DNA of 64,000 nucleotides from Halarcobacter sp. Lineage in GTDB: Bacteria > Campylobacterota > Campylobacteria > Campylobacterales > Arcobacteraceae. Positions 20,450 to 30,351 of the stretch are shown here, in pieces; the stretch's first letter is position 1, and every line of letters starts with the position of its first letter. The notes below the pieces were generated by a model. The model was not told the DNA's origin, did no database searches, and was given only the letters and a program-made list of their open reading frames with translations. The position numbers and the translations under genes were made by a program. The stretch lies in contig OY781089.1 in assembly GCA_963676565.1 (NCBI GenBank), positions 192,001-256,000 of the forward strand. Reading direction: 5' to 3'.

Positions 20450-21802
20450 ATGAAATTTACAACAGAAAAACCAACAAAATCTTTGCATCTAGTAAGCCTA
20501 GGTTGTACTAAAAATCTAGTTGATTCAGAGATTATGTTAGGAAAATTAAAAGACTACCAGATTATAGATGATGCTTCAAATGCTGATGTTATTATTGTTA
20601 ATACTTGCGGATTTATTGATAGTGCAAAAGAGGAAAGTATCAATACAATTTTAAATCTTCATGATGAAAGAAAAGATGAGTCAGTTTTAGTAATGGCTGG
20701 TTGTCTAAGTGAAAGATATAAAGAGGAGCTTCAAAAAGAGTTACCTGAAATTGATATTTTCACAGGAGTTGGTGATTATGACAAGATTGATACATTAGTT
20801 AATGAAAAAAGAAGTGCATTTACAGATGAAGTTTTTTTATTAAATGAAGAAAATGATAGAGTTATTACTGGTTCTTCTTACCATGCTTATGTAAAACTAA
20901 GCGAAGGGTGTAACCAAACCTGTTCTTTTTGTGCAATCCCTTCATTTAAAGGAAAACTTCACTCAAGAACTTTAGAATCTTTGGTAAAAGAGGTTAAAAA
21001 CCTTGTATCAAATGGTTATAGTGATTTCTCTTTTGTATCACAAGACTCTTCATCATTTTTAAGGGATTTAGGGATTAAAGATGGTTTAGAACAACTAATT
21101 GAAGAGGTTGAAAAAATTGATGGTGTTAAAACTGCAAGAATTTTATACCTTTATCCTTCAACTACAACTTTATCTTTAATTGATAAAATTGCTGATTCTA
21201 AAAAGTTTGTAAACTATTTTGATATGCCTTTACAACATATAACTCCTTCAATGCTTAAAATCATGAAAAGAGGAAAAGGGGTTGAGCAACTAAATGAACT
21301 AATGAATCATATGAAATCAAAGCCAAACTCTTTTGTTAGAACAACTTTTATTGCAGGACACCCTGGAGAAACACAAGAAGATTTTGAACTCTTATGTAAA
21401 TATTTAGAAGAGTTTAAATTTGATAGGGCAAATGTATTTTCATACTCTGACGAAGAAGGAACATCTGCTGCAACCCTTGAAAATAAAATTCCACAAGAAC
21501 TTATTGATAGCAGAGCTGAAGCCTTAGGTGAAATTATTTCTAAAACTACCCAAGAATCTTTAGAAAATGATGTAGGAAAAGAGTTTGAAGTTTATATTGA
21601 TGGAGAGAGCCAAGAACATGAATATCTATTAAGTGCAAGAAAAACAATTTGGGCACCTGATATTGATGGTGAGATTTATATCAATGATAATGAACTTTTT
21701 GAAGAAAATGGTGAACAACAACAATTAAAATTTGGACAAAAATATACTGTAAAAGTTACAGAACTTGTTGGAGATAAATTACTAGCAACTGTAATTGCAT
21801 AA
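20450..21802 (+). CDS. rimO: Ribosomal protein S12 methylthiotransferase
   Basis: SLGCTKNLVDSE, NTCGFI, radical SAM CNQTCSFC, APDIDG in the TRAM region. Confidence 0.96.
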   Translation: MKFTTEKPTKSLHLVSLGCTKNLVDSEIMLGKLKDYQIIDDASNADVIIVNTCGFIDSAKEESINTILNLHDERKDESVLVMAGCLSERYKEELQKELPEIDIFTGVGDYDKIDTLVNEKRSAFTDEVFLLNEENDRVITGSSYHAYVKLSEGCNQTCSFCAIPSFKGKLHSRTLESLVKEVKNLVSNGYSDFSFVSQDSSSFLRDLGIKDGLEQLIEEVEKIDGVKTARILYLYPSTTTLSLIDKIADSKKFVNYFDMPLQHITPSMLKIMKRGKGVEQLNELMNHMKSKPNSFVRTTFIAGHPGETQEDFELLCKYLEEFKFDRANVFSYSDEEGTSAATLENKIPQELIDSRAEALGEIISKTTQESLENDVGKEFEVYIDGESQEHEYLLSARKTIWAPDIDGEIYINDNELFEENGEQQQLKFGQKYTVKVTELVGDKLLATVIA

Positions 21803-22778
21803 AATGAATCTTCAAATTTCAAAAATCAACACCCAAAAAAACCTACTAGCCTTTAGTGGGGGTGTTGATTCCTCAGCTTTATTTTTTCTACTTCTACAAA
21901 ACAATATTCCCTTTGACATTGCAATTGTTGATTATAATATTAGAATTCAATCTAAAGAAGAAGTTTTATATGCAAAAGAACTTGCAAAGAAATATAAAAA
22001 AGAAGTTTTTGTAAAAGAGATTACAGAAAATATCCCATCTAATTTTGAAAAAAGAGCAAGAGATTTAAGATATGCTTTTTTTGATGAAATTATTGAAAAA
22101 AACTCCTATGAAAGTTTAATTACAGCTCATCAATTAAATGATAAACTAGAATGGTTTTTAATGCAATTTTCTAAAGGGGCAGGGATAGTAGAGCTTTTAT
22201 CCTTTGAAGAGATTACTTTACGAAAAAACTATCAAATAATAAAGCCCATGCTAAATATTTCAAGGGATGAGATTCTAGTTTTTTTAGAACAAAATAGAAT
22301 AAAATACTTCATTGATGAAAGTAATGAAGATAGTAAATATAAAAGAAACTATTTTAGAAAAAACTATGCAAATAAATTTTTAGATGAATATAAAGAGGGC
22401 ATAAAAAAGAGTTTTGAATATCTTAAAAAAGATAAAGAATCACTACACAAAGAAGAACTAATTTTTCAAGAAAAAGAGCTTGAAATATTTAGAGTATCGA
22501 ATGATTTTAATATAGATATTAGAACTATTGACAAGAGTTTAAAAAGAAGAGGAATATTACTTTCTAAAGCATCAAAAGATGAGATTTCAAAACAAAAAGA
22601 GTGTGTAATTTCCCATAAAATATCTGTGGCTATAAATAAAGATTTTATTTATATTTGTCCATATACAAAAAATATAATGCCAAAAAAATTTAAAGAAAAA
22701 TGTAGAATAAAACAAATTCCTAAGAATATAAGAGCTTATATCTTTAAAGAAAATTTGCTTGAAAATTTAGTTATTTAA
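21795..22778 (+). CDS. tilS: tRNA(Ile)-lysidine synthase
   Basis: PP-loop SGGVDS, ARDLRY, TAHQLND, DESN...RNYFR. Confidence 0.93.
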   Translation: MHKMNLQISKINTQKNLLAFSGGVDSSALFFLLLQNNIPFDIAIVDYNIRIQSKEEVLYAKELAKKYKKEVFVKEITENIPSNFEKRARDLRYAFFDEIIEKNSYESLITAHQLNDKLEWFLMQFSKGAGIVELLSFEEITLRKNYQIIKPMLNISRDEILVFLEQNRIKYFIDESNEDSKYKRNYFRKNYANKFLDEYKEGIKKSFEYLKKDKESLHKEELIFQEKELEIFRVSNDFNIDIRTIDKSLKRRGILLSKASKDEISKQKECVISHKISVAINKDFIYICPYTKNIMPKKFKEKCRIKQIPKNIRAYIFKENLLENLVI

Positions 22779-23036
22779 GAACCTTTTCATCTTTCTATTT
22801 TCAACCATTGATTGCCTAAGTTCTTCTTTGTGGGTTTTTAAAAAGTTGATATTTTTATAGAAAAGTTCTGATAGTTTAAGTAAGTCATCTTGTTCTAAAT
22901 CAAAGTCAGTGATTTTTGTTTCAATTAGATATTTATTATTCCATCTAACTAGGGCTTGAGCCCTTTCTTCCGTATCTAGAGAATCAAGATAATTTAATTC
23001 CTCTAGAGCTTTTAAAGACCTGTCTCTTCTTTCCAT
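22767..23036 (-). CDS. Small helical hypothetical protein in the FliT position after fliD-fliS
   Basis: 89 aa, charged and helical, overlapping the fliS 3' end; identity inferred from position only. Confidence 0.5.
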   Translation of the reverse strand: MERRDRSLKALEELNYLDSLDTEERAQALVRWNNKYLIETKITDFDLEQDDLLKLSELFYKNINFLKTHKEELRQSMVENRKMKRFLNN

Positions 23037-23368
23037 GCGTCAATCAAACCTTGAACAACTTTCATAACTTGATTGATAGAATTAACATTATCATCAATAC
23101 CTGCGCTAAATAAAGTTTCAATTTGATAAAGATATAAACCATCAAGATAATATGCTACATCCCCACCATCAAAATCTAGTACATTTCTAAGTTCATCAAA
23201 AATTGCAACAGATTTATTTATATATGTAAATTTAGACTCAATATCTCCACTTTCCATAGATGCTTTAACAAATGAAAGATACTTCAATAAACCTTCATAA
23301 AGTTTAAGTACCAATACATAAGGGTCGTCAGATACTGCATTATGTTGTTGATAGGCTTCAATTCCCAT
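23012..23368 (-). CDS. fliS: Flagellar export chaperone FliS
   Basis: AYQQ...P..LVLKLYEG, ELRNVLDFDGGDVAYYLDGLYLY, LIDAWKE. Confidence 0.9.
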   Translation of the reverse strand: MGIEAYQQHNAVSDDPYVLVLKLYEGLLKYLSFVKASMESGDIESKFTYINKSVAIFDELRNVLDFDGGDVAYYLDGLYLYQIETLFSAGIDDNVNSINQVMKVVQGLIDAWKEETGL

Positions 23369-23435
23369 ATATTAACTCCAATTAATTCATTTGAGGTAAA
23401 GTATATTATATCTTTACTTAAAGAAAGTTATGAAA

Positions 23436-23470
23436 AAAAAAGCCAATACTACGAATGAGTATTGACTTTA
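23436..23470 (-). terminator. Probable hairpin terminator after fliD
   Basis: On the minus strand AAAGTCAATACT...AGTATTGGCTTT followed by a T-run. Confidence 0.55.
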
Positions 23471-23489
23471 TAATTTTTTATTATTTATA

Positions 23490-25172
23490 TCATTTTGCAG
23501 TAGATTGCTCAATCATAAGACTTAAACCAGAGAACGAAGATTCCATTTGAGTTATTATTGTTGCATAAGAAGCAAATTGCTGAGCTAATAAAGCATATTT
23601 ACTTTCTAAAGCTTTTTCAGCTTTTTCTTTTTCAGCTTCTAATGATTCTTGTCTTGCGTTAAGTCTATCTTCATAAGTATAAAGGATACCATCAAATCCA
23701 TCTAAAGCATCAATATACTCTTTAAGTTCAGACCCTAAACCCATTATAGTTTGAGATTCACCATTTTCATCTTTTCCATAAGAATCAAAAAATAGATTTT
23801 TTAAACTTTCATAATCATCTGCTATAACTTCATTTAGTCTTTCAGTATTAACTGATAATGTACCTGATTTATCAAGGTCTAATCCTAGATTAAAAACATT
23901 AAGATCACCATTTTCACCATAATTTTTGAAAATCTTATCTTTAATACTTTCCATCATAGTTCTTAATGAATCAGTATCCTTCATTGGAGAATCAGCACTA
24001 TAAAGCTCTTCATTTACCATGTCAACTAATTCATTATATTTATTTACAAAATTTTGTAAATAAGTTTCTACATATGTTGTATCCTCTTCAATAGAGATAG
24101 TTGAATAATCGTTTGGATCATTAGGATCATTTGCTTCAACAGCAGTGATTTTTAATCCTCCATCAACTGTAATTACATTTGAAGAGACATCATATTCAAC
24201 ACCATTTACAGTTGCATTAAGATTTTGAGCTTGAATAGTTTGTCCATTTTTACTTGATTCAAGACCAAAATTAAAATCATCTTGAGTAACCGAAACTTCA
24301 GCACCATCAACTCTACTAATAATAAGTTTATCATTTTCATAAGATGCATTAAATGTAGCACTAGCATCAATTTTAGTAGCTAAATCTTGATAACTTTCAG
24401 TACTTCCATCTAATGTAAAAGTTTCACCATCTATAACTATTGAACCTGCACTTGGGATATCTGTTGATGTATAACTATTTGTAGCTGTACTACTTGCTCC
24501 AAAACCAAGACTTTGTGAAGTACTTTGAGAAATTTTTAAAGCATTTGCTTCACCTGAATTTGCACTTTTTATAACAATCCTATATGAATCATCACTAACT
24601 TGTTCTAATGATGCTGTAATATTAGCATTGAAATTTATTTCTGTAACTAACTCTTTATAGTTTTTATTGGTTGTATCAAAAGTATAACTTTCAGAAAATA
24701 AACCATCATCACCTGCAATTGCAATAGTTAATTCACCACCATTTATATCATTTTCAAGATTTGCACTATTAATTAACACCGATTGATAAACATCTCTTGT
24801 TGCTAATTGATCAACTTTTACGATTGTTGAACCTGTATTAAGTGAACTTTCACTTGCTGCGTCAAAAACTACAGAAGTACCTGTTGTATTTGCTGACTTT
24901 AAATCAAAAACTGTAGTTCCCGAACTAGTAAACTGATAAAAAGGTTCAACTGCTTCTAAAAGTTCATTTGCTTTTGTTGTAATAGCAGCTAACTTTAATG
25001 CCTCACCATCACTTGTTTCACCATCTTCACTTGCAACCCTTGTAATAGCATCAAGTCTATTTTCAATAGGTTCAACAGTTGATTTTCTTTCTGCATCTTT
25101 TAATTTATCGATTAACTCTTGGTTTAGTGTTGAGGCTTGTCCACTTCCAAGTCCTAAAATACCATCAGCCAT
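23490..25172 (-). CDS. fliD: Flagellar filament cap protein
   Basis: GILGLGSG...LIDKLKDAE N terminus; VDQLATRD; FVNKYNELV; C-terminal coiled coil ending in QFASY. Confidence 0.92.
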   Translation of the reverse strand: MADGILGLGSGQASTLNQELIDKLKDAERKSTVEPIENRLDAITRVASEDGETSDGEALKLAAITTKANELLEAVEPFYQFTSSGTTVFDLKSANTTGTSVVFDAASESSLNTGSTIVKVDQLATRDVYQSVLINSANLENDINGGELTIAIAGDDGLFSESYTFDTTNKNYKELVTEINFNANITASLEQVSDDSYRIVIKSANSGEANALKISQSTSQSLGFGASSTATNSYTSTDIPSAGSIVIDGETFTLDGSTESYQDLATKIDASATFNASYENDKLIISRVDGAEVSVTQDDFNFGLESSKNGQTIQAQNLNATVNGVEYDVSSNVITVDGGLKITAVEANDPNDPNDYSTISIEEDTTYVETYLQNFVNKYNELVDMVNEELYSADSPMKDTDSLRTMMESIKDKIFKNYGENGDLNVFNLGLDLDKSGTLSVNTERLNEVIADDYESLKNLFFDSYGKDENGESQTIMGLGSELKEYIDALDGFDGILYTYEDRLNARQESLEAEKEKAEKALESKYALLAQQFASYATIITQMESSFSGLSLMIEQSTAK

Positions 25173-25182
25173 AATAAACCCC

Positions 25183-27456
25183 TTATCTTCTTATACCAAG
25201 TAAAGTTTGAAGCATCTCATCAACCACAGTAATAATTTTTGCATTTGCTGTATAGGCTGCTTGAAATTGAATCAAATTTATCATTTCTTCATCACTATCA
25301 ACTTTTGTTAATTGCTCATAACTAGCTTCAAGTGATTGAACAACTGCTGTTTGTGTTTCTTTTAAGAAATCATTGTTTTCTTTATCCGATGAAATATTTA
25401 CCCTTACTTCTTGAAAAAATTCACTAAAGGATGTTTTTTCTTGAGTACTTCCATCTTGGGCAAAACCATCAAAATCAATATCATCTTTCCATTGCATTGA
25501 ACTTATATAATCTAAATCCTCTTGATCTAAATCATTCACCATCTCTTCATTAAACACTAATGTTTTAACAGTACTTCCACTAAAAAGACCTAAGTTTTCT
25601 ACTGTTTCAGTGCCATTGTAAGAATCTGTTGAAGTATGTCCATATGTATAACTTCCATTATCTTCAACAACATATTTATTATAAATATCACTTAATGTTG
25701 AAGCTAATGAATCTAATTTATCTTTATAATCTATAATTTTGTTATTTGGTGATGTAGTCGTTAAATTTTCTATTTGTGCTTTTATAATACCTGAGCTTAC
25801 ATTAACCTCACTATCATAAACTGCTAAATATACTTTATTTTCTGCATCAACACTTTGGTAATCATCTTTAAATATTGTATCATTTCCATCTGTTGCAGTT
25901 GTGATTGAAATTCTTCCTATAAAAGATCCATCTGTTCCATCTTTATTTGCTTCAACTACCAAAAATTTATCAGAAGAAGATAAATCAATTTTATTTCCAT
26001 TTTCATCAACTTGATAGTTACCATTAAATGCAGTCACTTTTTCAGAAATATAAGTGTTATGATTTATTTCATATTTAAGTGCTCTAATAAAATTGCTTTC
26101 ATCAATTTGATCTGCAACTCCATCATTATCTAAATCAACTTGATTTCCGTTTGCATCGAGAACATAGTCTCCAAAAGTTACTGAAACTTCATGGGTATTA
26201 TCAAATTTATAAGTTACAGTTGTATCAACTTCAGATAAACCTGTTCCTACAGTTCTTTGCACATTTATACTATCTCCAGCATCGGGAAAATTAACTGTAT
26301 TATCTGAACTTGCAGTAAAGGTTCCATCTCCATTATCTGTCCAGTTTGCACTTCCTGAAATAAATGTTGTTAAATCACTATCTGTATCAGTTGTTATTGT
26401 TATTGTATCTCCAGCCTTAAAGTCAAAGCTATCTCCGTTTGCTTGTGCAGTAACATCAAAAGTTAAAACACCCTCTTGGGTAATTTTAAATGGTTCATTA
26501 CCATTTATTCCTCCATCTATTAAAACTTTTCCATTAGTTTCATCATAATCAAGATCTATTGCTGACTCTCCAGTTGGAGTAAAAGTAATTCCTGAATCAA
26601 GAATCATATTATTATTAGAAGCACCCGTTAAAACCAATTCTTGGATTTCAAAAGTTCTTCCATTTGCAATACTATCAATTGCATTTCCATTTGCATCTTC
26701 AGTCGCAAATCTATCAATTTGTGTAGTGTTGTCTTCTACTAAATTCACTTCTCTAATATTTGTGTTATATCTAACAGCTATTGCTCCACCAATTTTTAAT
26801 TGATAATCACCATCGGTTCTATCAACATCTATATCAACTAAAGCAGATAATTCTTTTTCAAGCTGATCTCTTTTATCAAGTAAATCATTTGTAGAATTAT
26901 TAGATAATCCCATTTGTTGATTTAATTCACCAATATCATTTAATATTGCATTTATCTCTTGAACATTATCTTCAAGTCTATTATAAGTGATACTTTCTTG
27001 CTGTTCTATATTTTCATATAAATTTTGTAAAGAATCAACTAAATTACTACCTGTAGTTTTAAGTGTCGTTTTATAAAGTTCAGAACTAGGTGTCGTTCTT
27101 AAATTTTCAACAGCTTGAAAAAATCTGTTTAAATCGTTTGAAAAACCAGAAGTATCAGTTTCTTTAAACATTTGTTCAACATTTCCAACTATAGATGAGA
27201 TTTCATCATAATAACTATTTTTAGTATTCTCTTTCATTATGTTATTAAACATATATTCTGAAGTGATTCTATATGCACTATCTGCTCTAACACCACTTCC
27301 TGTAAATCTAGAGTCTCCTAAAGTTAATTCATTTAGTTGAACTACCCTTTTTTTGTAGCCAGGAGTGTTTTCATTAGCTATATTGTTTGATACATTTTCA
27401 ACAGCTATTTTTGCTGCACTAAGCCCAGTTTGAGCTACATTTAAAGATTTAAGCAT
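25183..27456 (-). CDS. flgK: Flagellar hook-associated protein 1 (long form)
   Basis: LNVAQTGL...SNNIANENTPGY; LLDKRDQL; VDSDEEMINLIQFQAAYTANAKIITVVDEMLQTLL. Confidence 0.93.
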   Translation of the reverse strand: MLKSLNVAQTGLSAAKIAVENVSNNIANENTPGYKKRVVQLNELTLGDSRFTGSGVRADSAYRITSEYMFNNIMKENTKNSYYDEISSIVGNVEQMFKETDTSGFSNDLNRFFQAVENLRTTPSSELYKTTLKTTGSNLVDSLQNLYENIEQQESITYNRLEDNVQEINAILNDIGELNQQMGLSNNSTNDLLDKRDQLEKELSALVDIDVDRTDGDYQLKIGGAIAVRYNTNIREVNLVEDNTTQIDRFATEDANGNAIDSIANGRTFEIQELVLTGASNNNMILDSGITFTPTGESAIDLDYDETNGKVLIDGGINGNEPFKITQEGVLTFDVTAQANGDSFDFKAGDTITITTDTDSDLTTFISGSANWTDNGDGTFTASSDNTVNFPDAGDSINVQRTVGTGLSEVDTTVTYKFDNTHEVSVTFGDYVLDANGNQVDLDNDGVADQIDESNFIRALKYEINHNTYISEKVTAFNGNYQVDENGNKIDLSSSDKFLVVEANKDGTDGSFIGRISITTATDGNDTIFKDDYQSVDAENKVYLAVYDSEVNVSSGIIKAQIENLTTTSPNNKIIDYKDKLDSLASTLSDIYNKYVVEDNGSYTYGHTSTDSYNGTETVENLGLFSGSTVKTLVFNEEMVNDLDQEDLDYISSMQWKDDIDFDGFAQDGSTQEKTSFSEFFQEVRVNISSDKENNDFLKETQTAVVQSLEASYEQLTKVDSDEEMINLIQFQAAYTANAKIITVVDEMLQTLLGIRR

Positions 27457-27521
27457 ATTACCTCCTTGACTATTATGGGTATATTATTGCTTATTATTGC
27501 ATTACAATTCTTAAAATTAGA

Positions 27522-28235
27522 TTAAAAAGGATAGAAGAAAAACTTTAAGATTTTCCATCCAAAAGGTATATGCATAACATCTTGCTCTTCCCCCTCTTTC
27601 TCATAAAGTATTTTTAAATTGGCAACTTGAGAAGAATCTACACTATTATCAGATGAGATATCATAAGGTCTTATAACTCCAGTTATTGTGATTGATTGTT
27701 TTTGTCCATCTACTAAAATTTCTTTAAAACCTTTTACAAAATAATTACCGTTTGCATATGTTTCTTCAATTATAACAGAAACAGTTGTTGAAAATTTTTC
27801 ACTTAAACTTGTAGTTACATCACCTTTATTACTTGAAGATGAACTTGACTCATATCCTAAATTTGTAATTGGATTTATAAAATTAGCAACTTTTTCAGCA
27901 ACTCCACCAGTTGTCCCTGCTGTTGCACTTAATCCTGTACTTGAAGCATTTCTATCTGAAGTAGTTTCCCTTGAATTACTAGTATTTGAAGATAAAGACT
28001 CATTTATATTAATTTGAAGGATATCACCAATTTGTAAATCTTTTTTATCGGCAAATAAAGAGGGACCTTTTAGGGTATATAAAGATCCTTTGTTTCTTTT
28101 TACAACTGGAGCTGGCTTTGGAACTTGCATTTCTGGTTTTTTAAAGTCTATCTTTGGCTCTTGAGAAACACAACCTAAAAAAAGTAAAGATGTGAAAAAA
28201 ATTAATAAACTAGTTTTCATTGTATTTACTTTCAA
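27522..28235 (-). CDS. flgH: Flagellar L-ring lipoprotein
   Basis: Lipobox LFLGC; SLFADKK...IGDILQI; ITGVIRPYDI. Confidence 0.92.
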   Translation of the reverse strand: MKVNTMKTSLLIFFTSLLFLGCVSQEPKIDFKKPEMQVPKPAPVVKRNKGSLYTLKGPSLFADKKDLQIGDILQININESLSSNTSNSRETTSDRNASSTGLSATAGTTGGVAEKVANFINPITNLGYESSSSSSNKGDVTTSLSEKFSTTVSVIIEETYANGNYFVKGFKEILVDGQKQSITITGVIRPYDISSDNSVDSSQVANLKILYEKEGEEQDVMHIPFGWKILKFFFYPF

Positions 28236-28638
28236 TAATATATTTTAAATCTAATGCTATTTTTATATCTTTTAAATCTTTTTTGATAAGTGCAGTTGTT
28301 CCATATCTTACTTTCAATGCATCTAGATTAGTATCAGGGTCAACAACAATAAGTGCCTTATTTGATATAAGTTTTACATCAATAACTTTTCGTTGACCTA
28401 TTAAATCAACTGCGGTTTCAATTTCACGATAAATAATTCGCTCAATTTTCCTATTTTTTTCTTCTTCTTTGTTTTTTTCAATTAATTGTAACTGCTTTTG
28501 ATTTTCTAATTCTTGCTGTTTAGCATATTCTTCACTCATGTGAAAATAGTAATATACAAACATACCTACAACAGCAAAAGCTGAGATAAGTTTGATAAGA
28601 TTGCGTTTTTTATTATTTCTTTTTACAGCTACAATCAT
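28210..28638 (-). CDS. Hypothetical single-TM protein in flagellar operon
   Basis: Basic N terminus, one TM, coiled coil and a small domain; lies between fliL and flgH. Confidence 0.6.
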   Translation of the reverse strand: MIVAVKRNNKKRNLIKLISAFAVVGMFVYYYFHMSEEYAKQQELENQKQLQLIEKNKEEEKNRKIERIIYREIETAVDLIGQRKVIDVKLISNKALIVVDPDTNLDALKVRYGTTALIKKDLKDIKIALDLKYIIESKYNEN

Positions 28639-28643
28639 ATTTT

Positions 28644-29174
28644 TTATTTAATCACAAATGTTGTGAATAATATCTTCTTGATATTATTTCTTTTTATATC
28701 TTCATTATTAGCTGTAACTTCATTGATGATATTATTAATATCTTCCATTAACTCTTCTTTTAATAACTCTTTACCACCAACAGTTAACAACTCTTCTGAA
28801 CTTCTTGCACTAATTTGTGCAATTACAACATCAACAATCTCTGGCTTATACTCTTCAACAATCGCTTCTATTGTAGGTTCTGTACTTTTTAAAGAGAAAG
28901 AAAGTTTCATTAGTTTTTCTCTTCCCTTAGCATTAGTGATATTTAAAACTAAGTCATTAATTGCAGCTTTATATGTTTCATTTGAATCACCAGACTCTTC
29001 TTTTTTAACCTGTTCAGTTCCTTGTTGTTGTTGCCCTGATAATACTCCACTAGAATACAATAAATATCCTCCAGCACCAACTGCAATTAATAAAATAACA
29101 ATTAAGGCAATAAGAACTATCATTAGTCCTTTTCCACCACCAGATTTTTTTACCTCTTCGTTTTCTTCAGCCAT
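28644..29174 (-). CDS. fliL: Flagellar basal body protein FliL
   Basis: N-terminal TM; LVLNI; EELLTVGGKELLKEEL; ILFTTFVIK end. Confidence 0.92.
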   Translation of the reverse strand: MAEENEEVKKSGGGKGLMIVLIALIVILLIAVGAGGYLLYSSGVLSGQQQQGTEQVKKEESGDSNETYKAAINDLVLNITNAKGREKLMKLSFSLKSTEPTIEAIVEEYKPEIVDVVIAQISARSSEELLTVGGKELLKEELMEDINNIINEVTANNEDIKRNNIKKILFTTFVIK

Positions 29175-29177
29175 TAA

Positions 29178-29675
29178 TTACCCTTCATCTTTATTATTTA
29201 TTTTATACTCTTGTAACATCTGTGTCAATAAAGAGGCATTTTTAGGACTTAAATACCTCATAAAAGATGTTACCTTTGCCTCTTTTAATCTTAAAATTAT
29301 ATCGAAAACTTCTTCAAGATTTCCATCACTAATCATTTGATTAAAAATTTCTGCAGCAATTTTAGGCTTCATTTTATTATAAATTGTTGAAAGTTTACTA
29401 TCAACTTCACCTTTTATATTAGATAAAAGCTGTTTATTTTCATCCCTTAGGGCTTGAATTTGTTTCTTCTCACTTTCTATTTTTTTTAATAAAGTTTCTA
29501 ACTCTTTTTTTCTTTCTTGGTATTCTTTTTCTTTTTTATTATAAAAATTGTTAAGTTCTTTTTTTAATTCTCTAACTTCTATTTTTTGTTTAATTAACAC
29601 TGCACTACTTACTCTTTCCTCTTGGGCAAAAGAAAATGAAAACAATAAAAATGTTGCTAAAATTAACCTATTCAA
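29178..29675 (-). CDS. MotE-like flagellar protein (MgtE N-terminal-like domain)
   Basis: Signal peptide, coiled coil, IYNKMKPKIAAEIF motif. Confidence 0.75.
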   Translation of the reverse strand: MNRLILATFLLFSFSFAQEERVSSAVLIKQKIEVRELKKELNNFYNKKEKEYQERKKELETLLKKIESEKKQIQALRDENKQLLSNIKGEVDSKLSTIYNKMKPKIAAEIFNQMISDGNLEEVFDIILRLKEAKVTSFMRYLSPKNASLLTQMLQEYKINNKDEG

Positions 29676-30100
29676 AAATTCTCCTGTTCACTAATATATT
29701 TACTTTGGATATATTCACTTGCGGCTTCTTCTTCCATATAAAGAACTTTTCTAAAAGCTTCATCTTTTTGTTCTTTTAGAATGTAAGCGTATTGTTCCGT
29801 TTGCTTTTGTAATTCAACAATTTCTATAACTAAACTCTCAACTTGTTTTTGTAAAATAATCTTTTCATTATTAAGTTTTATTATATACTCTTTCATAGTG
29901 TTTTTATGAATTGCCAATACTGCAAAATCTGATATCGCTCCATGCTTTTGAACTGAAGTTGTATTAATTTTATTTTCTGTAAACATAATCTCATCTTCAA
30001 TACGAGAGATTTTTGCCATTAATTGACCTTTTTCAATTAACTTCTGATCAGTTTGCATTTTTTTTAATTCATGAAGCTTTGCTATCATATTACTGTCCAA
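29672..30100 (-). CDS. FliJ-like coiled-coil flagellar export protein
   Basis: About 140 aa, two-helix coiled coil ending in EEEAASE; located between fliQ and the motE-like gene. Confidence 0.55.
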   Translation of the reverse strand: MDSNMIAKLHELKKMQTDQKLIEKGQLMAKISRIEDEIMFTENKINTTSVQKHGAISDFAVLAIHKNTMKEYIIKLNNEKIILQKQVESLVIEIVELQKQTEQYAYILKEQKDEAFRKVLYMEEEAASEYIQSKYISEQENF

Positions 30101-30350
30101 AGGTTAATATCAAACCCCACAAATCGTTTGTATAGGTTTGGATATTATCACCTATCCAAGGTAATGAAATAAGAATAAAAACTGAAACAAATATAACTTT
30201 TGGGACAAAAGTTAATGATGCATCTGATACTTGAGTTACTGCTTGAAAAATTGAAATTATCAGACCAATAATCATACTTACTATAAGTGAAGGTAAACCA
30301 AGTATTAGGATTATTTTTACTGTATTTTCTGCAATACCAATTAAATCCAT
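30090..30350 (-). CDS. fliQ: Flagellar export protein FliQ
   Basis: GLIISIFQAVTQVSDASLTFVPK signature. Confidence 0.95.
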   Translation of the reverse strand: MDLIGIAENTVKIILILGLPSLIVSMIIGLIISIFQAVTQVSDASLTFVPKVIFVSVFILISLPWIGDNIQTYTNDLWGLILTFGQ

Positions 30351-30351
30351 A

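Noticed and set aside
880..24000. Homopolymeric A/T runs as phase-variation tracts
   Set aside because: Runs of 8-10 A/T are expected at this base composition, the ORFs are intact, and I noticed no long poly-G/C tracts.
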